This document shows positions 17,867 to 27,263 of a DNA stretch of 58,324 nucleotides, piece by piece; position 1 is the stretch's first letter; every line of letters starts with the position of its first letter. The translations under genes and the position numbers were made by a program. The notes under the pieces were generated by a model. That model did not search any database. It saw nothing but the letters and a program-made list of their open reading frames with translations, and was not told where the DNA came from. The stretch is from a virus (lineage: Duplodnaviria; Caudoviricetes). The stretch is taken from positions 1-58,324 of the IMG/VR virus record IMGVR_UViG_3300003886_000004; one strand, written 5' to 3'.

Positions 17867-18678
17867 CCTCCAGGTCTCCCTAATTTCTTTTTGTTCAACA
17901 TAGGATCCCCAGATCTTTTAGCAGCATGAAGGAGTCTAAATTGATGACGAGCTAACTTAGCTTCAATCAGAGGAAAGAATAATTTTACCCGTTCATAATC
18001 CTGGGGGAAAAGTTCTTTCATTTTCAAGAGTGTGCCTACCAGAGGCAACCCTTCTAAACTTGTCTTGTCCAACAGGTAATCCAAACTCAATGAGATATCA
18101 AACCTAGATATGTATTCAGTTACTTGTGTGGGTTTCCAGTCCCAGATTGGGTAAAAGATTTGTTTGTCGTCTTCTTGACCGAGACAGCGATTCATTTGAG
18201 TAATACGATTGACATTGTCAAACATACAAATTCCCTTAGCCAACCACACAGTATCCTCAGCCATCCCCAATGCTTCACCATGTAGGTCAGCAACATTGTC
18301 AATCGTGTAGTCCCAAAAATCAAGAGCGTCCAGTAATTCAAGATCTTGAAAGGGTTGATAGATTCGATTAGCAAGATTGTATTGATTTTCCCCTTGCAGA
18401 TATCTGTGTATTGAGGTTTCAAACCATTGTTCATAATACGTCAACCCTTTATCAACATATTGAATACCTGGGATTGCAGAACAATGAAAAGGTCTTATTG
18501 TGTCAAACCCACAATCAAGAAGATATAGCCAACAGGCTAAAGAATCTTTACCTCCAGAAAAGGCTAGAAGAGTTACGCCACCTAAATACTCACAGAGAGA
18601 CTCGCAAGTTTTCTTAGACGCAACAGTACCAGAGAATAATCCATTCTCATCAGTTAGAGGTTTTGGAACGTGTTTCAT
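17863..18678 (-). CDS. PP-loop adenine nucleotide alpha-hydrolase (PAPS-reductase-like)
   Basis: LLAFSGGKDSLACW PP-loop and FYPIWDW motif; lacks the C-terminal ECG(L/I)H of CysH. Confidence 0.85.
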   Translation of the reverse strand: MKHVPKPLTDENGLFSGTVASKKTCESLCEYLGGVTLLAFSGGKDSLACWLYLLDCGFDTIRPFHCSAIPGIQYVDKGLTYYEQWFETSIHRYLQGENQYNLANRIYQPFQDLELLDALDFWDYTIDNVADLHGEALGMAEDTVWLAKGICMFDNVNRITQMNRCLGQEDDKQIFYPIWDWKPTQVTEYISRFDISLSLDYLLDKTSLEGLPLVGTLLKMKELFPQDYERVKLFFPLIEAKLARHQFRLLHAAKRSGDPMLNKKKLGRPGG

Positions 18679-18698
18679 TCATCAATTCCTGGTAGTGG

Positions 18699-18735
18699 AA
18701 AATAAAAGGGTATACAGCGGTTAAACTGTATACCC
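18699..18735 (-). terminator. Intrinsic terminator
   Basis: 10-bp stem GGGTATACAG/CTGTATACCC followed by TTTTATTTT on the minus strand. Confidence 0.8.
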
Positions 18736-18752
18736 CGTGTAAAAGAGTTAGA

Positions 18753-18872
18753 TCAACCAGAACCTTTTCCAGAAGATTTACCGCCTTTCTTCTTTGCTTT
18801 TCTTTTTGCTTTCTTAGCAGCTTTCTTTCTTGTTTTCTTCTTTGCTTTCTTAGCAGCTTTCTTCTTTGCCAC
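18753..18872 (-). CDS. 39-aa Lys/Ala-rich histone-H1-like peptide with Gly/Ser C-terminus (not in the ORF track)
   Basis: GTG start with GAGGTG RBS; MAKKKAAKKAKKKTRKKAAKKAKRKAKKKGGKSSGKGSG*; followed by a terminator. Confidence 0.8.
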   Translation of the reverse strand: MAKKKAAKKAKKKTRKKAAKKAKRKAKKKGGKSSGKGSG

Positions 18873-18921
18873 AATAACACCTCATGTTAATCGAGAAACA
18901 AACACAGTAAATTGATTTCAG

Positions 18922-19368
18922 TTAAAGTTGAACATCTACATCGTTAATCACCTCCCTATCAACCATATCAGCCAACTTCTGACTAAATCCTAGTTTGTGA
19001 GATGGTAACTCACAAGGGGTAACAGACAATCCAACCTTTTCCGCAAATCCTTCTCCATCGTAATAGTCACCGTAAGCATTTGCAATACCTTCGAGTTGTT
19101 CAGTGAATTCTAGCTTCTGAGAATAGGTTTGAAATACAACCACCACATAGTGATCTACTTCAATTTTATCGTTTTGCCTGTCAGCATCTACTTTCCTCTT
19201 GGCTCGAAGTCTTTCCTTTTCTAATTCTACCATACGTAGATTCTCGGCTAAAGCAACATCAGACAAGGTTATCTCACTTGCTTCAGGGATCTTGGGAATA
19301 CTTGCCCCCGTATGTGTTTTACGTGTTTTTGACTTAGGGCTAGAAGTTGTACTTTTCTTATTTGTCAC
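18922..19368 (-). CDS. Conserved phage protein resembling the C-terminal domain of ParB-like partners of PP-loop genes
   Basis: DHYVVVVFQTYSQKLEF...YYDGEGFAEKVG motif, recognised from memory. Confidence 0.55.
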   Translation of the reverse strand: MTNKKSTTSSPKSKTRKTHTGASIPKIPEASEITLSDVALAENLRMVELEKERLRAKRKVDADRQNDKIEVDHYVVVVFQTYSQKLEFTEQLEGIANAYGDYYDGEGFAEKVGLSVTPCELPSHKLGFSQKLADMVDREVINDVDVQL

Positions 19369-19404
19369 AGTAATCGTTCCTTTCTGTAAGTTAACTAAAT
19401 GGTA

Positions 19405-21582
19405 TCAGGTTTCGTATTCTTCCACGGATTGATAGAGGTTGTGTAGAGAATCTGAAAGAGTGTAGTATTTAACCTGAATCCTCCCACGTAGTATAGTTTT
19501 TGATTGAACTGCTTTCATTCCAACCAAGAAAGATATCAACATTTCAACCTCATTTATTGAATGGTTAGATCGTTTGGCTAATTCTTTTTCAGACAATCCC
19601 ACCTCAACATCAGATCGGTACAGAGTTCTCACTAGATCCAACGTAATCCCTTTGGCCGTATCTGAAGCTACTTTACTTGTACGTTGCATCACCTCTTGGG
19701 TTAATTTTGATTGATTCAATACAAGAGCAACAGACAGAGCCAGTTTTGTTATTTGCCCAGTTAGTCTTGGATTCATCTCTCGATCACCCCCACCCTTATC
19801 CTTTGGTCCCATACTAGGTCTAGCTCTAAGGTATGAAACAAACGTAGCAAAATCAATCAGTTTAGATTCTAGTCTTTTTGTTTCTCTTGGACGACGTTGT
19901 AAGTTTTTTTGTAAGGTTGTATATAGTTGATCTGAGTTATCACGTAAGTATTCTAAATACCCAGCAGTAGTCCCCATAGCTAAGACCATTTCAGGACTGT
20001 AATTTGAATTCATGTCCCCGTCTTTAGGTTTTCTGTGTATGTTTCCAATCACTCCTGATGCTTTTGTTTTTCCTATTTTACGTTCAATAGTATCGTCGAT
20101 ATCTTCCATGATCACACAATCTAAAAATCTCTCACCTAGTTCTGAACTATCAATTTCCCTAATTGTTTTAGTTCCTGCAATTATCCAAGTCATACGTTTC
20201 CCAGTATAGTTGTGGGCTTTGCCTGTTCTATATTGAGTACGTGATACCGTATCGTAAATATCTCTTGCTTCAGAAAATATCTGAGAACAGTGAGGGGATT
20301 TCATTAGTGTGTCAGCGTCTTTAGTGATTAACGTTTTACCACCAGCTTGTGCTATCAATGATCTATCTTCATCGTTACTACCCGAACCACTATGGAATCC
20401 AGTAATCACTGATCTAGCTAAAACGTATTTTGAAGAGACAGACAGAGCTTCACATAATGTACTCTTTCCTGATGAAGGAGGGGATATGATTTTTATCCAC
20501 AATTGATCATCTACTGTTTGTGTGCTAACACAACAGGCAAGCATAACACACAACGCTTGTTCAAGTCCGTCAGTCCATTCTAAAGCAAACCCCCAAACTT
20601 CTATCAGATCTTTCCAATTATCGCAATGAACGATTGGGATATCCGTACCATTGCTACGAAGCCCCCTAACCCGGTCTAACGTCCATTCTTGGGGTACGGG
20701 CGTAATCCGTCCTAGAATACGTGAAATCGCCTTAGATCGATTGTGAGACGTCCTTAGAGAAGAACCGCTAGGTAAGTGTAGTCCCCCTAAATAATCCCGC
20801 AAATCCATCTTGTGTGGAAGAGTCTTGTCATAACCTTCTGGACCCCACATCAAATAGCTGATAGATTTAGGAGAATCACCGAGAGTAGCTGAAATTGTTT
20901 TTGTGTTTTCATATCCGGCTGAAGGTTTTGTTTTCTTAGTCCCTTTTACTCTTTTCGGATGATCATTGTCGAACAAGATGGCAATATCACGATTAGCAAA
21001 CAAGGTCAACCAATCGTCAAAAAATACACTACACCCAGGAAGAGAGATTATGGAACCTTCAACTACTTCATCTAAAGCTACACCGTCCCAAAATCCTTCA
21101 GTGATAAAAATGGTATCATTTTCGTTAATCATTTGCAAACCTTGCAAATAATGTCCGATCCCTGGAGTAGGGAATAATTTATCCCCCCACAAATATAGAG
21201 TTTTCAATTCACCTTGAACATTGTATCCAGGGATTAACCAATTTCCAGTGATCATTGATTTAGCAGGTGCCCATTTTTTTAACGTCAAATGAGATCTGTA
21301 ACCTCTTTGACGTGCAAGAGATTTATAATCACGATCAGTTGTTTCTTGTAAACTCTCACTGTAAAGGAGTTTTACAAATTGAGAAGCATTTCCTGTTTCG
21401 GTACAAACAAAACAACGGTACTTTCCAGTTGATATTTGAATAGAGAATTTTCTTTCTCGATTACAAAATGGACATTCTCCTGTTGCATCTTTTGATCTTT
21501 CACTGTAGGTTAAATCTATACCGTGAATCAAGTAAGGCCTTAAAAATTCAGGCTCGTTTACAGTTGTCTTAACTCTCATCAA
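19405..21582 (-). CDS. Primase-helicase fusion (Zn finger, TOPRIM, AAA+/MCM-like ATPase)
   Basis: CPFC...CFVC; ITEGFWD and LFDND; SPPSSGKST; ELGERF. Confidence 0.85.
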   Translation of the reverse strand: MMRVKTTVNEPEFLRPYLIHGIDLTYSERSKDATGECPFCNRERKFSIQISTGKYRCFVCTETGNASQFVKLLYSESLQETTDRDYKSLARQRGYRSHLTLKKWAPAKSMITGNWLIPGYNVQGELKTLYLWGDKLFPTPGIGHYLQGLQMINENDTIFITEGFWDGVALDEVVEGSIISLPGCSVFFDDWLTLFANRDIAILFDNDHPKRVKGTKKTKPSAGYENTKTISATLGDSPKSISYLMWGPEGYDKTLPHKMDLRDYLGGLHLPSGSSLRTSHNRSKAISRILGRITPVPQEWTLDRVRGLRSNGTDIPIVHCDNWKDLIEVWGFALEWTDGLEQALCVMLACCVSTQTVDDQLWIKIISPPSSGKSTLCEALSVSSKYVLARSVITGFHSGSGSNDEDRSLIAQAGGKTLITKDADTLMKSPHCSQIFSEARDIYDTVSRTQYRTGKAHNYTGKRMTWIIAGTKTIREIDSSELGERFLDCVIMEDIDDTIERKIGKTKASGVIGNIHRKPKDGDMNSNYSPEMVLAMGTTAGYLEYLRDNSDQLYTTLQKNLQRRPRETKRLESKLIDFATFVSYLRARPSMGPKDKGGGDREMNPRLTGQITKLALSVALVLNQSKLTQEVMQRTSKVASDTAKGITLDLVRTLYRSDVEVGLSEKELAKRSNHSINEVEMLISFLVGMKAVQSKTILRGRIQVKYYTLSDSLHNLYQSVEEYET
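20650..20765. repeat. Helically phased element, copy 2 (in the primase-helicase linker)
   Basis: 20675-20689 tctaacgtccattct is the exact reverse complement of 43093-43107. Confidence 0.55.
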
Positions 21583-21643
21583 TAATCTAACAGTCTTTCA
21601 AGAATGTTGCTTTGTAAGGTTACACACTTCAACGTTGGTAATA

Positions 21644-22201
21644 TCAATCTTCATTCATTGCATCAGCTTCAGATTGTCGATCTCTATTTGATTCGTCTTC
21701 TTGTGTGAATTTGTGAGGGTATCTAATTTTCAACTTATCAATGTTGCACGTTAATACATCACTGACAGAAAAACCATTTAGATTACAAAGATCACCGAGA
21801 CTATGGTAGATTCTGATTAAAGAACCTACAATTTCCTTATCAGTAAATTCTTTATCGTGCCCATAATAATATCTTTTTTCAATGAGAGAAGAGAATAAAG
21901 AAATCTCTTTAATCAATCTAAAGCTCGGGTCTCCTGGTTGATACGTCCTAAGTATCGACCCTCGAAAATTCATTGCATTCATTGCTTCAGCAACATACCA
22001 AAACATATCACCTAATTCCTCTTTTTTATTTGTAACAGAAGTAGCACTTTGTAATTCAAATAAATCACCCTGCATCCCAATACAAGCATGTAACAACCTT
22101 ACCCCTCTGAATGGAAAATCAACATCTGTTATTCTCGATAATGAATCTACTTGGTTACATTCAGTACGTTGAACCAAAAATTGGTATTCTAAATGATTCA
22201 T
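21644..22201 (-). CDS. MazG-like dNTP pyrophosphohydrolase
   Basis: RLLHACIGM, KEELGDMFWY and NIDKLKIRYP motifs; start moved to MNHLEY. Confidence 0.85.
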   Translation of the reverse strand: MNHLEYQFLVQRTECNQVDSLSRITDVDFPFRGVRLLHACIGMQGDLFELQSATSVTNKKEELGDMFWYVAEAMNAMNFRGSILRTYQPGDPSFRLIKEISLFSSLIEKRYYYGHDKEFTDKEIVGSLIRIYHSLGDLCNLNGFSVSDVLTCNIDKLKIRYPHKFTQEDESNRDRQSEADAMNED

Positions 22202-22202
22202 C

Positions 22203-22391
22203 TTAATTCTTTCTTTGTACAGGACATAGATCAGGGTTAGGTAGTAAAGCGATAACTGGAATGATCGAGTACAATTTTGGTCCTGCACTACTAACCATGA
22301 TTCTGGAAATCACTACATTTTGTCCGATTGAATACGAACTATTTTCTATTGCTTCTTCTGGTGTATCAGCTTCAACTAATTCATAAATCAT
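22203..22391 (-). CDS. Hypothetical protein
   Basis: GAGG RBS; VEADTPEEAIE motif. Confidence 0.5.
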   Translation of the reverse strand: MIYELVEADTPEEAIENSSYSIGQNVVISRIMVSSAGPKLYSIIPVIALLPNPDLCPVQRKN

Positions 22392-22445
22392 AACTACCTC
22401 TTTGGTAACATTGAAAATGGTAACGTGTAAAAATGGTATCTGTAT

Positions 22446-23009
22446 CTAGTACATTCTAACCTCCCAGAATACTGTATTGAAATTTGGTAAAGTTCCCCAG
22501 TAACTCGAATAGGTTGAAAATTCAATTACATGATCTGGATAACGATCTAACAATTCACGTAACCAATCTTGTGAATTCGGACACAGGTAGGTATCTAACA
22601 AACACCTTGCAAAGATACCATGAACATAGTTAGACTGTTTTGCTAAAGCATCCCGCATAGGTAGAGCAATCGAACTATACGTAACCAACAATCCTTTAGA
22701 AGACAAAGCAACCTCACCTTGAATGAGTGTATCTTTTGTCGGAGCCATTTCTGAAACATAAAAAGTCTCTAGTGATTCTTCTGAATATCTAAGCCTGATC
22801 GATTCAAATGTTTGATTGTAATGAGTATCCCCACCAATTATTTTGTTTCTCAGATGAAATAAAGATTTTGAAGGTGGGAATTCAAATTTGAAATCATCTA
22901 AAAATACAGAAACAGATTCCCAAGTAGGTCCAGCATTCCCAAATTCACCTAGATTGTACCTACGAACAAAATCCAATTTAGTGGTTACTGGCGGAAAAGA
23001 TTCATTCAT
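22446..23009 (-). CDS. Putative ATP-grasp-like protein
   Basis: Motif order FHLR...YVSEM...IQGEV...VIEFS...VFWEVRMY resembles ATP-grasp/PPDK-N folds; coupled to the hydroxymethylase. Confidence 0.45.
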   Translation of the reverse strand: MNESFPPVTTKLDFVRRYNLGEFGNAGPTWESVSVFLDDFKFEFPPSKSLFHLRNKIIGGDTHYNQTFESIRLRYSEESLETFYVSEMAPTKDTLIQGEVALSSKGLLVTYSSIALPMRDALAKQSNYVHGIFARCLLDTYLCPNSQDWLRELLDRYPDHVIEFSTYSSYWGTLPNFNTVFWEVRMY

Positions 23010-24126
23010 CAGTATATCCTGTTTGTTTACGTTCGTGGGATAATCTTCTTTTTTCCATCCAGGTTACCCCTACATATTTCAGATCACACCAATCAGGTAA
23101 TTTATACAAGTGCTCAAAAGCTGTTGGGAATACTTTTCTTTTGTAAGCGAGATAAGCTAAACACATTGGAGCAGCTACCTCACGTAAAAATTTTGAATCC
23201 CAATTTTGGTGCATTCTCCAATGATCTGTATTTACAAACCTTGTACATTCATCAAGAAAACTTAGATAGCTTGAATTTACACAGATTGGGCGTAAATAAA
23301 TTCCTGTTTTATCAGAAATATAAAGATCTCTACTTGGATCTGAATATATTTTAGTCGGTGTTAAGTATTCTAACCCTTTATCTTTTTCTGTGTAGATATG
23401 TAGATTGTTAGTTATCTGGTGATAAACACCTAAATCAACTTTCAACATATCAGCTATAAATTCCTGGAGAAAAGAAAAATGGAATACATTGGCTCCCAGC
23501 ATCCCCCAGATTAGGTCATTGCTCCTATTGAATACAGTCATGTTCAATTTGTTGTCTAGGATTTCAAACACTGCACTTAGGTTACAAGGTATGTCTTTTC
23601 CTCCTCGGTATCCGGTTTCCAGATCATTAAACCCGTATTCGTTTCTTTCTTCTTGTTGTTCATCTGTTAACTTACCAAATTCTTCAATCGAATGACGGTT
23701 TGAACTATCCCACATTTGTAATACTGCTCTTCGATCATTTTTATTTTCACGTAAAACATCTACAATTCCTGAGATCTGGTCAAACCCTAAACCAGTCCTC
23801 CAACGATGGCCATAAGCCCCGTGAAAAGTTTTTCCATCGTCACTGTAATTCTGGATATTACTATTGTAGTAGCTTAATGCTCTTACATCGTTACTACCTG
23901 CCAACATCCAAAGAGACTCAAAGAGGTGAAAGAAAGGATTACAGTCTCGAATAGGATTAAACAGTACTCTCTCTCTAGGTTTTTCAAACGTAACGATCAC
24001 TGGACCATTAACACGTATAACAGAACCATTCCTAGAATCACTTTTTGTTGTTGGAATATCCCCGTCAGCAATCCTTTGGATTAGACCGTTGAAAGCTTGA
24101 TTGACATTTCTGTAGGTTAAGTGCAT
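23002..24126 (-). CDS. dUMP hydroxymethylase (thymidylate synthase superfamily)
   Basis: NPFFHLFESLWMLAG, DIPCN, NRSNDLIWGMLGAN (Asn at the dUMP-specificity position) and NLHIY; clustered with 5-hmU kinase and transferase genes. Confidence 0.88.
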   Translation of the reverse strand: MHLTYRNVNQAFNGLIQRIADGDIPTTKSDSRNGSVIRVNGPVIVTFEKPRERVLFNPIRDCNPFFHLFESLWMLAGSNDVRALSYYNSNIQNYSDDGKTFHGAYGHRWRTGLGFDQISGIVDVLRENKNDRRAVLQMWDSSNRHSIEEFGKLTDEQQEERNEYGFNDLETGYRGGKDIPCNLSAVFEILDNKLNMTVFNRSNDLIWGMLGANVFHFSFLQEFIADMLKVDLGVYHQITNNLHIYTEKDKGLEYLTPTKIYSDPSRDLYISDKTGIYLRPICVNSSYLSFLDECTRFVNTDHWRMHQNWDSKFLREVAAPMCLAYLAYKRKVFPTAFEHLYKLPDWCDLKYVGVTWMEKRRLSHERKQTGYTDE

Positions 24127-24127
24127 C

Positions 24128-24715
24128 TTAATTTTCCTTGACGATTTCAGTTAATTCTTGTTTCAGTATTTCAAAAGATTTTGATGCTAATTCATATCTG
24201 TGATTTCCTTGGTGAGGGAGTAAAATACTTTTACCTGGTGATTGGGTTCCTAAAAACGCAGAAGTGTTAGAGATTGAATCATCGATCAACACCGTACCTG
24301 GCTTTGAAAACAAGTATTTATGTTCCGTGATTATCAATCGTCTAGTAAAGTCTGAATCAATGTTTCTTTTGTACCACTCTATTTTTCCTTGGAAACAATC
24401 AACAGTAGGAAAAGGTTTAGTCAGAATAAACCAGTCATGCCCTAACTCAGTTATTAAAGAAAGGATCTTATCACAATCAGGAAGAGGATTCAGATTACGC
24501 CAAAATCCATTTCCTAGATCATTGATAACAGATATCATTTCTTCTCTCGTATATCTATCATCTGTTCTCCCAAACAAACTATCTAAAGCCTCAACAATAC
24601 TCCAGGTTCCTAGGGATCTAAATGTTTCCAAAGTTTTTCGGTTGATACCATAAAGATCACAAACCCCCCCGGTAAAATCACAAATCACCTCGTCCATATC
24701 CACATAGATAATCAT
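24128..24715 (-). CDS. HAD 5'(3')-deoxyribonucleotidase (NT5C-like)
   Basis: YVDMDEVICDF, ILTKP and VLIDD motifs. Confidence 0.88.
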   Translation of the reverse strand: MIIYVDMDEVICDFTGGVCDLYGINRKTLETFRSLGTWSIVEALDSLFGRTDDRYTREEMISVINDLGNGFWRNLNPLPDCDKILSLITELGHDWFILTKPFPTVDCFQGKIEWYKRNIDSDFTRRLIITEHKYLFSKPGTVLIDDSISNTSAFLGTQSPGKSILLPHQGNHRYELASKSFEILKQELTEIVKEN

Positions 24716-24812
24716 TACACTCTCTCCTTTTACGAACAATTTTAGGGTATCGGTTGGAAGTTGTATTTGTTAGAATACCTCACCTCTCAAATTATACCCA
24801 CTGGAAAAACAA

Positions 24813-25130
24813 ATGAAATTGAGAAAACCGCAACATCGAATCCTACAGTTTATGGTTCGCCATTATCAGGTAACAAGAAAACAGATATCGACCAACGCAA
24901 AAGTTGATTATGCAATGTTGACAGAATATCTTGGGGGTCAGGATAAAGAGAAAAGATTGTCGGTTGCCAAAAAGATTGGATTTGAATCATTGATTGATCT
25001 TGATCTAATAGTTGCTGAAAGATTAGAAATTAAAAATCGTTATGTTGTCCATTACAGTTTGTCTAAGTCTGGGAAAGATCTAGCAACTTCCCTTTTCGAC
25101 AAGCAGACAACAAATGTTGAGCAGTCTTAG
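24813..25130 (+). CDS. Winged-helix (MarR-like) protein on the opposite strand
   Basis: LRKPQHRILQFM...TRKQIS...SLIDLDLI...YSLSKSGKDLA; fills a gap with no minus-strand ORF. Confidence 0.6.
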   Translation: MKLRKPQHRILQFMVRHYQVTRKQISTNAKVDYAMLTEYLGGQDKEKRLSVAKKIGFESLIDLDLIVAERLEIKNRYVVHYSLSKSGKDLATSLFDKQTTNVEQS

Positions 25131-25860
25131 ACGTTTTGAATCTTTTGAGACTTTTGTACAGTTTGTTTGTGTCATCACCAATTTGATATCTCTCGTTCAA
25201 ATGTGATTTCCATTTACATAAAACTGTTTCCACTTCTTGGACCCCCACCATTCTTTTGTATCCAGGGGGAGCATAGTAACGATTCAATTCTTCTGAGATT
25301 GTTTCAACTGCCCACTCACTCAACTCTACATTGTTATACACAGGAACGTCTAATTCTTCAGCTAGTCGTCTAGCCCCTTCTAAAGGTGAACTAAATAAGA
25401 ATACGTTCTCAACTGAAAATTCGATATTGACTATTTGTAAACACTCTAGCATATCTGCGATCTTGAATCCGATCCAAGGTCCAAACCCAACCCAACCTAC
25501 TACAGTATTCATAACCTGTTGATAAGTTAACCTATCATTTTCAATGAAAGGAGAAACCAATCTATCTAGTCCTACCGAGGTCAAGTAGTCGATTGAGTTA
25601 GTAGCTAGGTCACCCCGAAAGTGTCTACGTTCGACCCCACGGGGCACCCACGTTGTTTGTGCAGCCCTTTTCATGGTCTCCCAATACTTTGGAGAGTCTA
25701 CTATCCAACAAGCCGTACCAGAGTCGTAGAAACACCAATAAGCAAGCAACCAACGGTACAACTTGAACCCTTTCAAATTTGATTCAAACAGCATTACATA
25801 GATTGGATCTAAATCGTTTGAATCTAATAAATCTTTTCCAAATTCACCACAACTAGACAT
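25063..25860 (-). CDS. Amino acid:DNA transferase (aGPT-Pplase2)
   Basis: DLDPIY, WLLAYWCFYD, RGVERRHFRG, GFGPWIGFKIADM and QEVETVLCKWKSH motifs. Confidence 0.88.
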   Translation of the reverse strand: MSSCGEFGKDLLDSNDLDPIYVMLFESNLKGFKLYRWLLAYWCFYDSGTACWIVDSPKYWETMKRAAQTTWVPRGVERRHFRGDLATNSIDYLTSVGLDRLVSPFIENDRLTYQQVMNTVVGWVGFGPWIGFKIADMLECLQIVNIEFSVENVFLFSSPLEGARRLAEELDVPVYNNVELSEWAVETISEELNRYYAPPGYKRMVGVQEVETVLCKWKSHLNERYQIGDDTNKLYKSLKRFKTSKTAQHLLSACRKGKLLDLSQT

Positions 25861-26704
25861 GTTCTGTTTCGATCCTTATTTTATTTGCTGACCATCCGGC
25901 AGCAATCGTTCCAAGTTTTCCAGAACCGGTAGCTACCCAGATATTCTTATGCAGTTCAACACACAAACAAGGATCGTCACCAGTTGGACAATATGGGCGT
26001 AAGCCGACCTTAGTTTTCTTTGGTGGATTTTTGAATCCTAAAGCTGTTTTACATCTGTCTTCACATTCTCTGGTTTTTGCTCTCGTCCAATTTGCCTCTA
26101 AGATAGCTGTACCGTCTCCGATCCAAATATCTCTACCTTGTTGGTGAGCTACAATCTGTTTGTAAGGTGCCCAATGTTTAATGAATGCTGATTTTATTTT
26201 TCCCCGAAAACGAAAACTTACTCCCTTTTTTTGTTTAATGATTACAGGTAAATCAAGAATACTTGGACTCCATACCCCCGCTGCAACAATAACTAATTTT
26301 GTACGTACCTCTTTGATTATTCCTTGATCGCTGTACAAAACAACAGGACAATTAGAATCTCTTGCTACAACATCAGTAACCTTGCCAGAGGTGATATATT
26401 TTGAGAGGTTTCTTTTTATTGAATCAGGATTAACTCTGGATACGTAAGTAGTCCCACCTAAAGGTTTTAATCTGTGTTCTTCTTCAACTACTCCCCATAG
26501 ATCATTTAAGGTTTCCACAGAATCCTCATAATCATCAGAACGCATACTGCTAACCCAAGAAGGTTTGAAGTGGCCACCACTAGCGTTAGATCCTGATTGC
26601 TCTTGTTGATCATCTAACAGTAAAACTTTTCTACCTTGGGTTAACAAGGATTTGAAAATCGTACCTCCAACTATTCCAGCACCAACTACTACTGCATCAT
26701 ACAT
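25853..26704 (-). CDS. FAD-dependent oxidoreductase (DAO/ThiO-like) of the thymidine-modification cluster
   Basis: VVVGAGIVG Rossmann motif, GSNASGG, VAAGVW, GLRPY. Confidence 0.88.
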   Translation of the reverse strand: MYDAVVVGAGIVGGTIFKSLLTQGRKVLLLDDQQEQSGSNASGGHFKPSWVSSMRSDDYEDSVETLNDLWGVVEEEHRLKPLGGTTYVSRVNPDSIKRNLSKYITSGKVTDVVARDSNCPVVLYSDQGIIKEVRTKLVIVAAGVWSPSILDLPVIIKQKKGVSFRFRGKIKSAFIKHWAPYKQIVAHQQGRDIWIGDGTAILEANWTRAKTRECEDRCKTALGFKNPPKKTKVGLRPYCPTGDDPCLCVELHKNIWVATGSGKLGTIAAGWSANKIRIETEHV

Positions 26705-27263
26705 TGTGATTCCCTAATAATCGACGTACTATTTTTTTAGTTGCTTGATTCTGTGATACACGATAACAATGTACAGGTGTAAATTCAAATTTAGTTCTGG
26801 TTCTTTCTATCACACCAAACCTACGACGTGTGTTTCCTTCATCTAAAGGTTTATCATTTCCCTTTTCCTCTCTTCTTTTTTTGATTCTGTCAATACACAC
26901 TTCAATATCTGTTGTGAGATAATAAAGGTGTGTGATGGTTTCAGTTAATTTAGAAGTCCATTTCACATCTTCAGAAAGCATCAATCCTTCACAGAGAATA
27001 TCATACTTTCTCAGATCTAACATTTCGAGAATCTCATAAACTATTCGAGAACTACCTAGAACATCACAACCAGCACAAGGGGATTCGTAGTGAGACAACA
27101 CCACGATAGGTCGGGTTCCTTCTAAAGAAGGTCTGAGATACCAAACAGGATTTTTACGTCCTTTGAAATATCTTGGTTCAAATTCCCCTAGTTTCTCCAT
27201 TACTGATTTCATTACAGTGGATTTCCCTGCTCCACTTGTTCCTCTGATTTGTACAATCATCAA
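26697..27263 (-). CDS. P-loop 5-hydroxymethyluracil DNA kinase
   Basis: QIRGTSGAGKST, AGCD, LCEGL and CIDRIKKRR motifs; cluster context. Confidence 0.82.
   Translation of the reverse strand: MMIVQIRGTSGAGKSTVMKSVMEKLGEFEPRYFKGRKNPVWYLRPSLEGTRPIVVLSHYESPCAGCDVLGSSRIVYEILEMLDLRKYDILCEGLMLSEDVKWTSKLTETITHLYYLTTDIEVCIDRIKKRREEKGNDKPLDEGNTRRRFGVIERTRTKFEFTPVHCYRVSQNQATKKIVRRLLGNHNV

Noticed and set aside
17863-18678. cysH sulfur-assimilation gene, DndC phosphorothioation or QueC 7-deazaguanine pathway
   Set aside because: It lacks the C-terminal ECG(L/I)H motif, and no dndBDE, dpdA, folE, queD or queE genes were recognised in the window.
18650-18880. Track ORF of 76 aa (MLLWQRRK...)
   Set aside because: It is an alternative frame over the Lys/Ala peptide gene, has no RBS and runs through a terminator; the 18753..18872 frame has an RBS and coherent composition.
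23002-24126. Ordinary thyA
   Set aside because: The divergent RSNDLIWGMLGAN motif, C-terminal extension and linkage to hmU kinase and transferases favour a dUMP hydroxymethylase.
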